Part shown: in pieces, positions 49,364 to 60,404 of the stretch
How the letters are laid out: each line of letters opens with the position of its first letter
How positions within the stretch are numbered: position 1 is the stretch's first letter
Source: an uncultured Verrucomicrobiae bacterium
Lineage (GTDB): Bacteria; Verrucomicrobiota; Verrucomicrobiia; Limisphaerales; Palsa-1400
Direction: 5' to 3'
Assembly (NCBI GenBank): GCA_963702845.1
Contig: OY969763.1
Coordinates: 3,968,001 to 4,032,000 of the forward strand
DNA: 64,000 bases
Notes under the pieces: model-generated
What the model was told of the DNA's origin: nothing
The model's input: only the letters and a program-made list of their open reading frames with translations
Database searches by the model: none
Program-made: the position numbers and the translations under genes

Positions 49364-50770
49364 ATGCCATTTCCCAGAGTTTGTCGAATTCTCCTATTCG
49401 TTTTTGGCTGCGCAATTTTCTGCGCAGCTCAATCCAAAGCTCCACGGCCCAACATTGTTTTCGTCCTGATGGACGACCAACGCTGGGATGACCTCGGCTT
49501 TGCCGGACATCCATTCGTCCAAACGCCCAACATCGATCGCCTCGCCCACGAAGGCATTCGTTTCAATCACGCGTTCGTTACCACACCGCTGTGTTCCCCA
49601 AGCCGCGCCAGCTTTCTCACCGGCCAATACGCGCACACGCACGGCATCATCGACAACACCGCGCGCGACAAACATAGCCACGAATTAATCACGTGGCCGC
49701 GCCTGTTGCACGACGCTGGATACGAAGCGGGGTTCGTCGGCAAGTGGCACATGGGCCTTGATGACACGCCGCGGCCCGGTTTCGATTATTGGGTCAGCAT
49801 CCCCGGCCAGGGCCAATATCTCGATCCGCAAATCAACGACAACGGCAATCGCCACGTCATCAAAGGTTACGTCACCGACATTTTTTCCGACTACGCCGTG
49901 GACTTTCTCAAACGCAAACACGACAAACCATTCCTGCTTTGGGTCGCGCACAAAGCCGTCCATCCCGACCTACAACAAGCTGCCGACGGCACACTCTCGG
50001 ATCCATCCGCCGGAAAATTTATTCCCGCCGAACGTCACAAAAATTTGTATGCCGGCAAACCGATTCCACGCCGTCCAAATTACGGCATTCCACCAAAAGA
50101 CAAACCTGCTCTGGCGCGACAGGTCGATTCGTTACCGCCGCTCAGCGACAAAACCGGCACCGACGACGAAACCGTCCGCAATCGCCTGCGCATGGTGACT
50201 GCCGTCGACGAAGGAATAGGCCGGATGATTAAAGCGCTCGAAGACGCCGGACAGTTCGACAACACCGTGTTCGTGTTCACGAGCGACGAAGGCTATTTCT
50301 ACGGCGAACACGGCCTGAGCGTCGAACGCCGATTGGCATACGAAGAATCGGCGCTGATTCCGATTGTCATAAGATATCCGAAACGGATCAAACCCAATAC
50401 CGCCCGCGACGAAATGGTCCTCAACATCGATATCGCCCCGACGATGCTCGAACTCGGCGGCGTGAAAATTCCTGCTTCGATTCAAGGCCGCTCGCTCGTT
50501 CCACTTTTGGAAGGCACGACCGTCCCGTGGCGCGATTCATTCCTTATTGAATACTGGTCCGACAAAGTTTTCCCGCGCGTCTTGAAAATGGGCTACAAAG
50601 CCGTCCGCACTGATCGTTGGAAATACATCCATTACGTGGACCTCACCAACATGGACGAATTATACAACCTCCAACAGGACTCTTACGAACTCACCAACAT
50701 CATCAACACCGTTCGGGACCCGCGCGCACTGGGCCGCTTAAAAGAGGAACTCAGCCATCTAACCAAATAA
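49364..50770 (+). CDS. Cys-type sulfatase
   Basis: PNIVFVLMDD, CSPSRASFLTG, GKWHMG. Confidence 0.95.
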   Translation: MPFPRVCRILLFVFGCAIFCAAQSKAPRPNIVFVLMDDQRWDDLGFAGHPFVQTPNIDRLAHEGIRFNHAFVTTPLCSPSRASFLTGQYAHTHGIIDNTARDKHSHELITWPRLLHDAGYEAGFVGKWHMGLDDTPRPGFDYWVSIPGQGQYLDPQINDNGNRHVIKGYVTDIFSDYAVDFLKRKHDKPFLLWVAHKAVHPDLQQAADGTLSDPSAGKFIPAERHKNLYAGKPIPRRPNYGIPPKDKPALARQVDSLPPLSDKTGTDDETVRNRLRMVTAVDEGIGRMIKALEDAGQFDNTVFVFTSDEGYFYGEHGLSVERRLAYEESALIPIVIRYPKRIKPNTARDEMVLNIDIAPTMLELGGVKIPASIQGRSLVPLLEGTTVPWRDSFLIEYWSDKVFPRVLKMGYKAVRTDRWKYIHYVDLTNMDELYNLQQDSYELTNIINTVRDPRALGRLKEELSHLTK

Positions 50771-50921
50771 GCTGCTGGCTGGACCACTGATGGGTTAAAA
50801 AAATCAGCCCATGACAAAACCGTCATGCTGATCGGATTGAAGCGTATTGCAACTGCTCGCCCACACGATTATACCTCGTGTTGAATTAACAGGCACAGGC
50901 CAACCCGCTCGCAGAACTCAA

Positions 50922-52178
50922 ATGAAGCACTTTTTCAAAAAACTTTTCGTTATCGCTATCCTGGCAGCGATCGGCGCCAGCGTGTGGTGGTGGCTATCGA
51001 ATGACGGCCCCAAACTGTCATTCACCACCGTTCCGTTAAAGCGCGGCGACGTTGCCGCCACCATTGGCGCGACCGGCACCCTCGAACCCATCGAGGTCAT
51101 CGATGTCGGCGCGCAAGTCGCCGGCCGCGTCAGCGCGTTCGGCAAGGACAAAAGCGACAAGATCGTCGACTACGGTTCCCTGGTGGAACAAGGCGCGTTG
51201 CTCGCCAAAATTGACGATTCGGTTTATTCCGCCGACCTCTCTGTTGCCAAAGCCGGCGAACTCAGCGCCGCCGCCAACCTTGAGCAAATGCAAGCCAAGC
51301 TCGATCAAACCGAAGCCGAGTGGAACCGCGCTCAGGAGCTATTCAAAAACAAACTCAATTCGCACGTCGACTATGATACGGCAAAGGCCAATTACGAAGT
51401 CGCCAAGGCGAATGTCTCCGTTGCCAAATCCGGAATCGCCCAGGCAAAAGCAGATTTAGAGAAAGCCCAACGCAATCTCGATTTCTGCACCATCAACTCG
51501 CCCGTCACTGGCGTCATTATTGATCGCCGCGTCAACGTCGGCCAAACTGTCGTCGCGAGCCTCAACGCCCCCAGCCTTTTCCTCATCGCACGCGACCTGA
51601 CCCAACTTCAAATCTGGGCCTCGGTCAACGAAGCCGATGTCGGCAAAATCAAACCCGGCCTGCCGATCACTTTCACCGTCGATGCCTTCGCCGGCCACGA
51701 ATTTCACGGCTCCGTAGGCAAAGTCCGCCTGAACGCGACGATGACCCAAAACGTCGTGCTCTACACGGTTGAAATCGCCGTGGACAACAGCGACAAAATC
51801 CTCCTGCCCTACCTCACCGCCAATGTGCGCTTTGTTCTCAATCACGAAGCTAATGCCTTGCTCGTGCCTAACGCCGCCTTGCGCTTCTCGCCTTCATCAA
51901 TGACCCAGACTGACCACAAATCGCACAGGAACCTCAGCGAGGCCCGTGCCGAATCCCCGGAAAGCAGCTCGCAAAAAAAATCTACTCACACGATCTGGAT
52001 TAAGAGTGCCGACGCAATTACCTCCGTTGAAGTGACCACCGGAATTTCCGACGGTGCAAATACCGCCGTGACCGGCGAAGGCCTGCACGAAGGCGATGAA
52101 GTAATTACTGGCGAAGTTGCTGCCGCTAAAAACGACGTCAAAAACCCCTTTCTGCCGGCAAAATCATTCCGTCATTAA
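50922..52178 (+). CDS. macA: MacA-like periplasmic adaptor
   Basis: VGAQVAGR, SPVTGVII, GQTVVASLNAP, VPNAALRF. Confidence 0.85.
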   Translation: MKHFFKKLFVIAILAAIGASVWWWLSNDGPKLSFTTVPLKRGDVAATIGATGTLEPIEVIDVGAQVAGRVSAFGKDKSDKIVDYGSLVEQGALLAKIDDSVYSADLSVAKAGELSAAANLEQMQAKLDQTEAEWNRAQELFKNKLNSHVDYDTAKANYEVAKANVSVAKSGIAQAKADLEKAQRNLDFCTINSPVTGVIIDRRVNVGQTVVASLNAPSLFLIARDLTQLQIWASVNEADVGKIKPGLPITFTVDAFAGHEFHGSVGKVRLNATMTQNVVLYTVEIAVDNSDKILLPYLTANVRFVLNHEANALLVPNAALRFSPSSMTQTDHKSHRNLSEARAESPESSSQKKSTHTIWIKSADAITSVEVTTGISDGANTAVTGEGLHEGDEVITGEVAAAKNDVKNPFLPAKSFRH

Positions 52179-52184
52179 CTGCAC

Positions 52185-54311
52185 ATGGAACTCATCCGGC
52201 TGGAAAATCTTTGCAAAAATTACTACCGCGGCGATTTGGAAATCCCCGTTCTCCGCGGCCTCTCGCTCACTATCCAACGCGGCGAACTCGTGGCCCTGGT
52301 TGGTTCCAGCGGTTCCGGCAAAAGCACCTTGATGAATATTCTCGGCTGCCTCGACCGCCCCACATCCGGCAGCTACAAACTGAATGACATAGAAATTTCC
52401 TCACTCTCGCTCGACGAACGCGCCAACTTGCGCAACGCCAAAATCGGTTTCGTTTTCCAGAATTTCAATCTGCTCCCGCGCACCAGCGCCCTCAATAATG
52501 TCCGCATGCCGTTGGATTATTCACCCGCGCATCCGTCCGACACCGATAGTCGCGCGCACGCCACACGCATGCTCGGAATCGTCGGCCTTGCCGACCGCAT
52601 GGACCATGAACCTGCTGCCCTTTCCGGAGGCCAACAACAACGTGTCGCCATCGCGCGCTCGCTAATCAATCGCCCCGAACTGCTGCTCGCCGACGAACCC
52701 ACCGGCAATCTCGATTCTCAAACAGCCGAAGAAGTCTTGCGAATGTTGCAGCGCCTCAACGAAGAAGAAGGCCTCACCGTCATCATCGTCACGCATGACG
52801 AAGCCGTCGCCCGCCACGTCAAACGCATCATCCGCGTAAAAGACGGCGTAATCGTCGAGGAAGGCGAACCCGCGACAAATCCGGCCGCAGCCAAACCGGC
52901 AACATTGCCGCCGCCTCCGCACGCGGCCACGTTCGGCGTTTTCAGCCGATTCAAACAAGCCGCTCGTACTGCGCGGATGGCGTTCGGCGCTTTGCGTCGC
53001 AACATCATGCGCTCAGCCCTGACCTGTATTGGGATCATCATCGGCGTCGCCGCCGTGATCGCTATGATGGAAATCGGCGGCGGTTCCTCACACGCTATCC
53101 AACAAGCCATCTCCAGCCTCGGCGCAAGCGTCATTCAAATCGATTCAACCGACGTCTCCGTCGGCGGCGTCAGCACCGGGCGCGGCGGCAGTATGGACAT
53201 CACCATTGACGACGCTGAAGCGCTCCGCCGCGAATGCAGCGCGCTGCTAGCCGTCGCGCCCAGCGCCGATTCCTGGGGTCAGGTCATTTCCGGAAACAAG
53301 AACTGGCGGCCGAGCCGCATCCTCGGTTCCACGCCCGACTATCTCGATGTCCGCAACTGGCCGGTCGTCGAAGGCGAACCCTTCACCATGGATGACGTCC
53401 ACAGTTCCGCTGCCGTTTGTCTCATTGGTCAAACGGTTGCCGAAAAACTTTTTGGCAACGAATCGCCCGTTGGCAAAGAAGTCCGCCTGCGCGGCGTCGC
53501 TATGAAAGTCGTCGGCCTCCTGAGCCACAAAGGCGCCAACGTTATGGGCTCAGATCAGGACGACTTCCTACTCGCTCCGCTCACCACGATCAAATACCGG
53601 GTCATGGGCGTGCGTCAGGCCACCCAATCCACCGCGTCAGCCGCGGCAACCGCCTTTAGCCCGAGCCAAACCTACATCGGCCAACAACCGCCGCTTTATC
53701 CGCCGCAATCTGCCACTCAGGCTGCGAACAATCCCCAGACCACCCGTTTCGCCGACCTCGATGACATTTGGGTCGCTGCTGGTTCACCCGAAAACATCCC
53801 GCTCGCCATCAAACAAATCACCGCCGTTTTCCACGACCGTCATCACATCCAACCGGGCCACCCTGACGACTTCCGCATTCGCGACTGGACCGAAATGTCC
53901 CAGACCTTCGCTTCCACCAGCCGCGTCATGACCAACCTCCTGCTTATCGTCGCACTGATTTCACTGATCGTCGGCGGCGTCGGCATCATGAACATTATGC
54001 TCGTGAGCGTCACCGAACGAACTCGCGAAATCGGCATCCGCATGGCCGTCGGCGCAAGAGCGCGCGACATCCTCCGCCAATTCCTCATCGAAGCACTGGC
54101 GTTGTGTTTAGTCGGAGGCTTTGCCGGAATCGTTTTAGGTCGCACCATCTCCATCATCGTCACCCGAATTCTGCATTGGGCAACGATGACCTCAGTTCCG
54201 GCGATCATCGCTGCCGTCGCCGTCTCCGCAACCGTCGGCATCATCTTCGGCTACTACCCCGCCTGGAAAGCCTCTCGCCTCGATCCTATCCAGGCTCTGC
54301 GCTACGAGTAG
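52185..54311 (+). CDS. macB: MacB-like ABC ATPase-permease fusion
   Basis: [41 protein letters not shown]. Confidence 0.92.
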   Translation: MELIRLENLCKNYYRGDLEIPVLRGLSLTIQRGELVALVGSSGSGKSTLMNILGCLDRPTSGSYKLNDIEISSLSLDERANLRNAKIGFVFQNFNLLPRTSALNNVRMPLDYSPAHPSDTDSRAHATRMLGIVGLADRMDHEPAALSGGQQQRVAIARSLINRPELLLADEPTGNLDSQTAEEVLRMLQRLNEEEGLTVIIVTHDEAVARHVKRIIRVKDGVIVEEGEPATNPAAAKPATLPPPPHAATFGVFSRFKQAARTARMAFGALRRNIMRSALTCIGIIIGVAAVIAMMEIGGGSSHAIQQAISSLGASVIQIDSTDVSVGGVSTGRGGSMDITIDDAEALRRECSALLAVAPSADSWGQVISGNKNWRPSRILGSTPDYLDVRNWPVVEGEPFTMDDVHSSAAVCLIGQTVAEKLFGNESPVGKEVRLRGVAMKVVGLLSHKGANVMGSDQDDFLLAPLTTIKYRVMGVRQATQSTASAAATAFSPSQTYIGQQPPLYPPQSATQAANNPQTTRFADLDDIWVAAGSPENIPLAIKQITAVFHDRHHIQPGHPDDFRIRDWTEMSQTFASTSRVMTNLLLIVALISLIVGGVGIMNIMLVSVTERTREIGIRMAVGARARDILRQFLIEALALCLVGGFAGIVLGRTISIIVTRILHWATMTSVPAIIAAVAVSATVGIIFGYYPAWKASRLDPIQALRYE

Positions 54312-54452
54312 TTATCGTCCGATATCTCAGGTAATCGACCGGGCTGATGAAGCTACGCTATCGTAACTTTCGATCTGGCCAGAGCGTCCTATTAGCTTGT
54401 AGCAAAGCTCAACATCTGATACGCTTGACCGAGCAAAAAATACGAGGTGGCT

Positions 54453-55859
54453 ATGTTTGATAACTGCGATAATTGCGATCACGTTCCGATCTATACACGC
54501 CGCGATTTCCTGAGCCGCCTCGGCATGGGTTTTGGCGCGCTCGGACTCGCCAGCTTGCTCCATGAAGATTTCGTGGGCACTGCCAATGCCGCTCCGCTCC
54601 TGTCGCCACTCGCGCCGAAAAACCCGCAATTCCCGACGAAAGCCAAACGCGTCATCCACATCTTTGCCTCCGGCGCACCGTCCCAAGTCGATACCTGGGA
54701 CCCGAAGCCGATGCTCACACAATACGATGGCAAATCCATCGGCGGTCGTGGCGTCGCCATGGCTTCACCATTTAAATTTCAGCCGCACGGAAAGTCCGGC
54801 ACACCCGTCAGTGAAGTGTTTCCGAACCTCGCCAATCACGTCGACGACATGGCGATCATTCGCTCGATGCACACCGATATTCCGGCACACGAAATCGCGA
54901 CCGTCATGATGAACACCGGTTCGCGCCAACTCGCGCGGCCCTGCCTCGGTTCGTGGGCCGTTTACGGGCTTGGCAGCGAAAACCAGAACATGCCCGGTTT
55001 CATTTCCCTCCGCGCCGGCGGCGGCTTGCCTCCCGGCGGCACGCAAAACTGGGGTTCTGCATTCCTACCCGGCGTTTATCAAGGCACCAGCATCAACACC
55101 TCCGCCGGTTCCGTGACGGACATGATCCAAAACATCCGCAACCCCTATATCTCCGAGGAAGAACAACGCCGCCAACTCGATCTCATCCATCAGCTAAACG
55201 AACTGCACGCGCAAAACCTGCAAAAAGACGCGCAACTCGAAGCTCGCATTGAAGCTTACGAAATCGCCTTCAAAATGCAGTCCGCCGCATCCGACGCTTT
55301 CGATTACCGCAAAGAACCGCAAAATGTTCGCGACAGTTACGGAGACAGCGGCCAGGGCCGACAAATGCTCATTGCCCGGCGCTTGCTGGAACGCGGCGTC
55401 CGTTTCGTCCAGGTCTGGGCCGGCGGTTGGGATCATCATCAGGATATCGAAACCCGCTTGCCCGAACGGGCCCGCGAAATCGACAAACCACTTTCAGCCT
55501 TCATCGCCGACCTCAAACGCCTCGGCATGCTCGACAGCACGCTTGTTGTTTGGGGCGGCGAATTCGGTCGGCAACCCACGCGCGACCGCAACGGCAACGC
55601 CAACCCGGGCCGCGACCACAACGCAAAAGCGTTCAGCGTCCTGCTCGCGGGCGGTGGTGTGAAAGGCGGGACCGTTTGGGGCGCAACCGACGATTTCGGC
55701 GCTCAAGCCGTCGACAAACCCGTCCACGTCCACGACCTCCACGCGACCATTTTGCAACTGCTCGGTTTCGACCACACGCGCCTGACCTACCGCTACAACG
55801 GTCGCGATTTCCGCCTAACCGAAACCTACGGCAACATCGTCAAAGGCATCATCGCTTAG
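54453..55859 (+). CDS. DUF1501 domain protein with Tat signal
   Basis: TRRDFL, AKRVIHIF.SGAPSQVDTWDPKP, RGVRFVQ, WDHH, GEFGR. Confidence 0.9.
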   Translation: MFDNCDNCDHVPIYTRRDFLSRLGMGFGALGLASLLHEDFVGTANAAPLLSPLAPKNPQFPTKAKRVIHIFASGAPSQVDTWDPKPMLTQYDGKSIGGRGVAMASPFKFQPHGKSGTPVSEVFPNLANHVDDMAIIRSMHTDIPAHEIATVMMNTGSRQLARPCLGSWAVYGLGSENQNMPGFISLRAGGGLPPGGTQNWGSAFLPGVYQGTSINTSAGSVTDMIQNIRNPYISEEEQRRQLDLIHQLNELHAQNLQKDAQLEARIEAYEIAFKMQSAASDAFDYRKEPQNVRDSYGDSGQGRQMLIARRLLERGVRFVQVWAGGWDHHQDIETRLPERAREIDKPLSAFIADLKRLGMLDSTLVVWGGEFGRQPTRDRNGNANPGRDHNAKAFSVLLAGGGVKGGTVWGATDDFGAQAVDKPVHVHDLHATILQLLGFDHTRLTYRYNGRDFRLTETYGNIVKGIIA

Positions 55860-56037
55860 CGGTCCAACTCATCGGCCTACTGACTCACCCTGACTCACCC
55901 ACTCACGCCCCCTGTTTTTGGGTCTCGGTCGTCCCTCATTCCACCGTTTGCCCTGAGTTGACGCTAGGCGTATCTTCCCATACCGTCCACAGACGCCAAA
56001 ATGGCACTACCCGCCCATGTACGGAGGCGCGGATTAT

Positions 56038-59000
56038 ATGATCGGATTTATAGTAAAAAAAATCATCGGTTCGAGAAACGAACGCGAAGTCAAAAAAATG
56101 CGACCCATCGTCGCTAAGATCAACGAGATCGAACAATCGTTGCAATCTCAGCCCGAGGACGCCCTGCGCCAGAAAACCACAGCGTGGAAGGCCGAACTCG
56201 CGCAGATCAAAGACAATGAACAGCTTGCCCGTCGGCTTAATGAAATCTTGCCCGAGGCGTACGCCGTCGTAAAAAACGCCTGCCGCCGCCTGTGCGGTTC
56301 CGAGATCATCGTGCGCGAGCATCCGCTCAAATGGGAAATGGTCCCGTTCGATGTCCAGCTCGTGGGAGGCATGTCCTTGCACAACGGCAAAATTGCCGAA
56401 ATGGCCACCGGTGAAGGCAAAACCCTCGTCGGCACCCTCCCCGTTTATCTCAATGCCTTGACTGGTCGCGGCGTCCACGTCGTCACCGTCAACGACTACC
56501 TCGCCGCCCGTGACTCCGAATGGATGGGCGCGGTTTATAAATTTCTTGGCCTGACCGTCGGTTGTATTTTGCACGATCAAGACCCTGAAGTTCGTCGCGA
56601 ACAATACAATTGCGACATCACTTACGGAACCAATGCCGAATTCGGTTTCGATTATCTCCGCGACAACGGCATGGCTAGCCGCAAGGAACTCCAGGTCCAA
56701 CGTGGCCATTATTTTGCGATCGTCGACGAAGTGGACTCCATCCTCATCGACGAAGCCCGTACTCCACTCATCATCAGCGGTCCGTCTGTCGTTGCCGCAT
56801 CGGAAAACGAATACGACCCGTTCAAGCCGATGGTCGAGGGCCTCGTCCGCGCTCAAGTCCGCCTTTGTGACGAATATCTCGAAGAAGCCAAAAAGCTGAT
56901 CAAGAAGCTGCATCCCGAAGACGGCTCCAATCCGAAGAATCCGGAGCTGCTCGAAAAAGAAATCGGCCTCCTACTTTATCGCGTTAAAGTCGGCAATCCG
57001 CGTTCCGAGAACCTGATGAAGGTTCTCGAAGAGGCCGAGAACTTGCGCTTCATGAACAAGGCCGAGCTGGAGCTTCACGCCGACCAGAGTAAAAAAGATC
57101 TCTACGCGCAAAAAGAAGAACTCTTTTTCGCCATCGATGAAAAGAGCCACGATGCCGATCTGACCGAAAAAGGCCGCGCCCACCTTCGCCCGAAAGATCC
57201 GGACGCGTTCATGATGCCGGACCTCACGACAAAGTTTCACGAAATCGATTCCGGGCCCGAAGCCGACCCGCGCAAGCGCATGGAACTCAAATCCAAAGCG
57301 CAAGCCGAGTTCGAGCAAAAGGCGATGCAGATCCACACCATCTCGCAATTGCTCAAGGCCTACAGCCTTTATCAAATCGACGTCCATTACGTCATCGAAA
57401 ATGGCAAAGTGGTCATCGTCGACGAACACACCGGCCGTCCTATGTATGGCCGCCGCTGGAGCGATGGGTTGCACCAGGCCGTCGAAGCCAAGGAAGGCGT
57501 CGCCGTCGAACGCGAGACCCAAACTCTCGCCACGATCACGATTCAGAATTATTTCCGTCTTTACCTGAAGCTGGCCGGTATGACCGGCACCGCCGAAACG
57601 GAAGCCGGCGAATTTTTCGATATTTATAAACTCGGCGTCCTCGTCATCCCGACGAACCGCCCTGTCGCGCGCAAAGACAAGAACGATTCCGTTTACAAAA
57701 CGCGCCGCGAAAAATTCAACGCGGTGATGAAAGAAATCACCGAGATTCACAATCAGGGCCGCCCCATTCTCGTCGGCACTGTCTCCGTCGAAACCAGCGA
57801 ACAGGTTTCGCGCATGTTGAAGAAAATCGGGATCATTCATTCCGTCCTCAACGCCAAATATCACCAGCAGGAAGCCGAAATCGTCGCGCGCGCCGGTCAA
57901 CGCGGCGGCGTCACCATCGCCACCAACATGGCAGGTCGCGGCACGGACATTAAACTCGGTCCCGGCGTGGCCGATCTCGGCGGCTTGCACGTCATCGGCA
58001 CTGAACGCCACGAATCGCGCCGCATCGACCGCCAGCTCCGCGGACGTTGCGCGCGTCAGGGCGACCCTGGTTCATCGCACTTTTTCATCAGCCTCGAAGA
58101 CGATCTCATGCGTTTATTCGGCTCCGACCGAATCGTCAAATACATGGAACGCATGGGCCTCGAAGAAGGCCAGGAGCTCGAAGCTGGTTTGCTCAATCGC
58201 TCCATCGAACAAGCGCAAAAGCGCGTCGAGCAACACAACTTCCAGATCCGCAAACGCACGCTCGAATATGATGACGTGATGAACAAACAGCGCGAAGTCA
58301 TCTACGGCTTCCGCAATGAAGTCATTCACTCCGACGACGTTCGCGATCGCTTGATGGACATCATGGAAGAAGTGGTCATCGTGAAGGTCACGAACATGAC
58401 CAGCGCCGAGGAGCCCTCGACATGGAACATCCGTGCGCTCAACGACTGGGTCACGCTCAACTTCCCGTTGCCCATCACCGAAGACGACCTCCGCAAAGCC
58501 GCCGATTCCGGCAGAGACATTCCCGTTGAAGGTTCCGCCTTCGACGGCATGAGCCCCGCGCAATTCGCCGTGTGCCAGTTCGTCGTCAAACAAGTCCGCG
58601 ACGCCTACGATCTAAAGGTCAGCTTCGAAAATCCGGACCATCTCAAGACCATCGAACGTTTCACCATCCTGAGCGCCATCGACGAACTCTGGCAGGAACA
58701 CCTTTACAGCATGGACAGCTTGCGCAGCAGCATTGGACTGCGCGCCTACGGCCAACGCGATCCGCTCGTCGAATACAAAGCCGAAGCATTCACCATTTTC
58801 GAGGAGTTGATGACCAACGTCAAATCGCGCATCTGTCACAACATCTTCCGTAGTGCGTCGAGCCAGATGGCGTTCGAGAACTTTTTCAACAACCTGCCAA
58901 AGCGCACCGAGCATCAATCGGTCAGCACCTTCGGTGGACCTCCTCCGTCAAACGCCGCTCCTGCCGAAAGAAGCGCCAGCGACATCGTCACGGAAGCGAC

Positions 59001-59110
59001 CGAAGCTTTTGCGAAAGCCAAACCGGCACGTCACCGGCCCGAAAGTTGGCCGCAACGACCCCTGCCCCTGCGGTAGCGGCAAGAAATACAAGCAGTGCTG
59101 CGGTAGATAA
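56038..59110 (+). CDS. secA: Preprotein translocase SecA (frameshift near 59030 separates the SEC-C tail)
   Basis: [58 protein letters not shown] in another frame. Confidence 0.97.
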
Positions 59111-59116
59111 TTCAGC

Positions 59117-59141
59117 TAGGGCGCGTCGCTCCGCGCGCGCC
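59117..59141 (+). repeat. GTAG-type REP
   Basis: TAGGGCGCGTCGCTCCGCGCGCGCC just after the secA stop. Confidence 0.65.
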
Positions 59142-59196
59142 TTTTCCGAATTTTATTGCAACAAATACGAGCCCTTGCATACTGGACACATAGCCC

Positions 59197-60381
59197 GTGT
59201 CCGTATTCGTTAAGCCCTATTTTGGGATTGCTGTTGCCGGTGTTTCGAAGTCTGTATTCGCGAAAGTTGCTTTTTGCTGTACGCTCCTGCTCGTTTTCTG
59301 CGACGCAACTTTCGCGGGCAAGACCGAATGGGCCTTCGTCGCCTCGCCTACTCGCGGAATTTATTCCTACAAGTTTGATGTCGGTACAGCCGAAGTCCTC
59401 GAAGCCGGCCGTGCCGCCGACTTCCCACATGCCACTTTCCTCGCACTACATCCTAACGGCAAATACATCTATGCCGTCGTCGAAGGCAGCACCTGCCGCG
59501 ACAGTTTCGTCGCCGCATTCTCAATCGATAACGAAACCGGCAAGCTCCAACTTTTGAACCAAGTCCCCTCCGGCGGCCGAGGCCCCTGCCACATCTGCGT
59601 CGACCCGAGCGGTGAGACGGTGATGGTGGCCAATTACAACAGCGGCAGCCTCGCAGCCTTCCCGATCCAAAAGAATGGCGCGGTCGGAGTGATGTCCGCG
59701 CTGATTCAGGACAAAGGTTCCAGCATCAATCCAAAGCGTCAGGAAGGCCCGCACGCCCACTGCGTCATTTGCGGCCCCAAAAGCCACTGGGCGCTGGCCT
59801 GCGACCTCGGATTGGACAAAGTGATGGTGTTCCGTGTCAATCCGTCCGACGCCACGATTGTCATTGCCAACAAGCCGCCTTCGATGTCCGTGAAACCGGG
59901 CGCGGGCCCGCGCCACATCGCATTGCATCCGAACAACAAGTTCGCTTACGTCATCAATGAACTTGATTCGACGTTGACAGCATTTTCATGGAATGCAGAA
60001 GATGGAACGGATTGAAAGAACTCCAAACCATCTCCACTTTACCAACAGGTTTCAAAGGCCAGAACTTTCCTGCCGAAGATCACGGTCCATCCAAACGGCA
60101 AATTTATCTTTGGTTCAAACCGCGGTCACGACAGCATTGTCGTTTACAAAGTGGATGATAAAACTGGAACTGTAACTCTGGTTGGCCACCATTCGTGCGG
60201 CGGCCATTGGCCACGCCACTTCGAAATTGATACAACGGGGAAGTTATTGCTGGTGGCAAATGAACAGTCGGAAGGAACCTCAATTTTCCGAATCAATACC
60301 GACACAGGAAGTTTGACGCCGACCGGAACGACGCTCGCGCTGGAACGTGCGATGTGTGTCAAGTGCATCGAAGCCAAGTAG
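59197..60381 (+). CDS. Lactonase (6-phosphogluconolactonase-like beta-propeller), frameshifted near 60010-60080
   Basis: GPCH, VANY, GPHAH, DLGLD, GAGPRH, WPRHF. Confidence 0.88.
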
Positions 60382-60404
60382 CACGGGCGCGCGCCGTTTC
60401 ACTT

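Noticed and set aside
55936..58593. Long antisense ORFs opposite secA (and similar ones opposite glcD and the oxidoreductase)
   Set aside because: Shadow ORFs caused by codon bias in GC-rich genes.
59020..59110. Programmed frameshift producing SecA with or without its SEC-C tail
   Set aside because: No slippery heptamer is evident, and neighbouring genes have similar indels.
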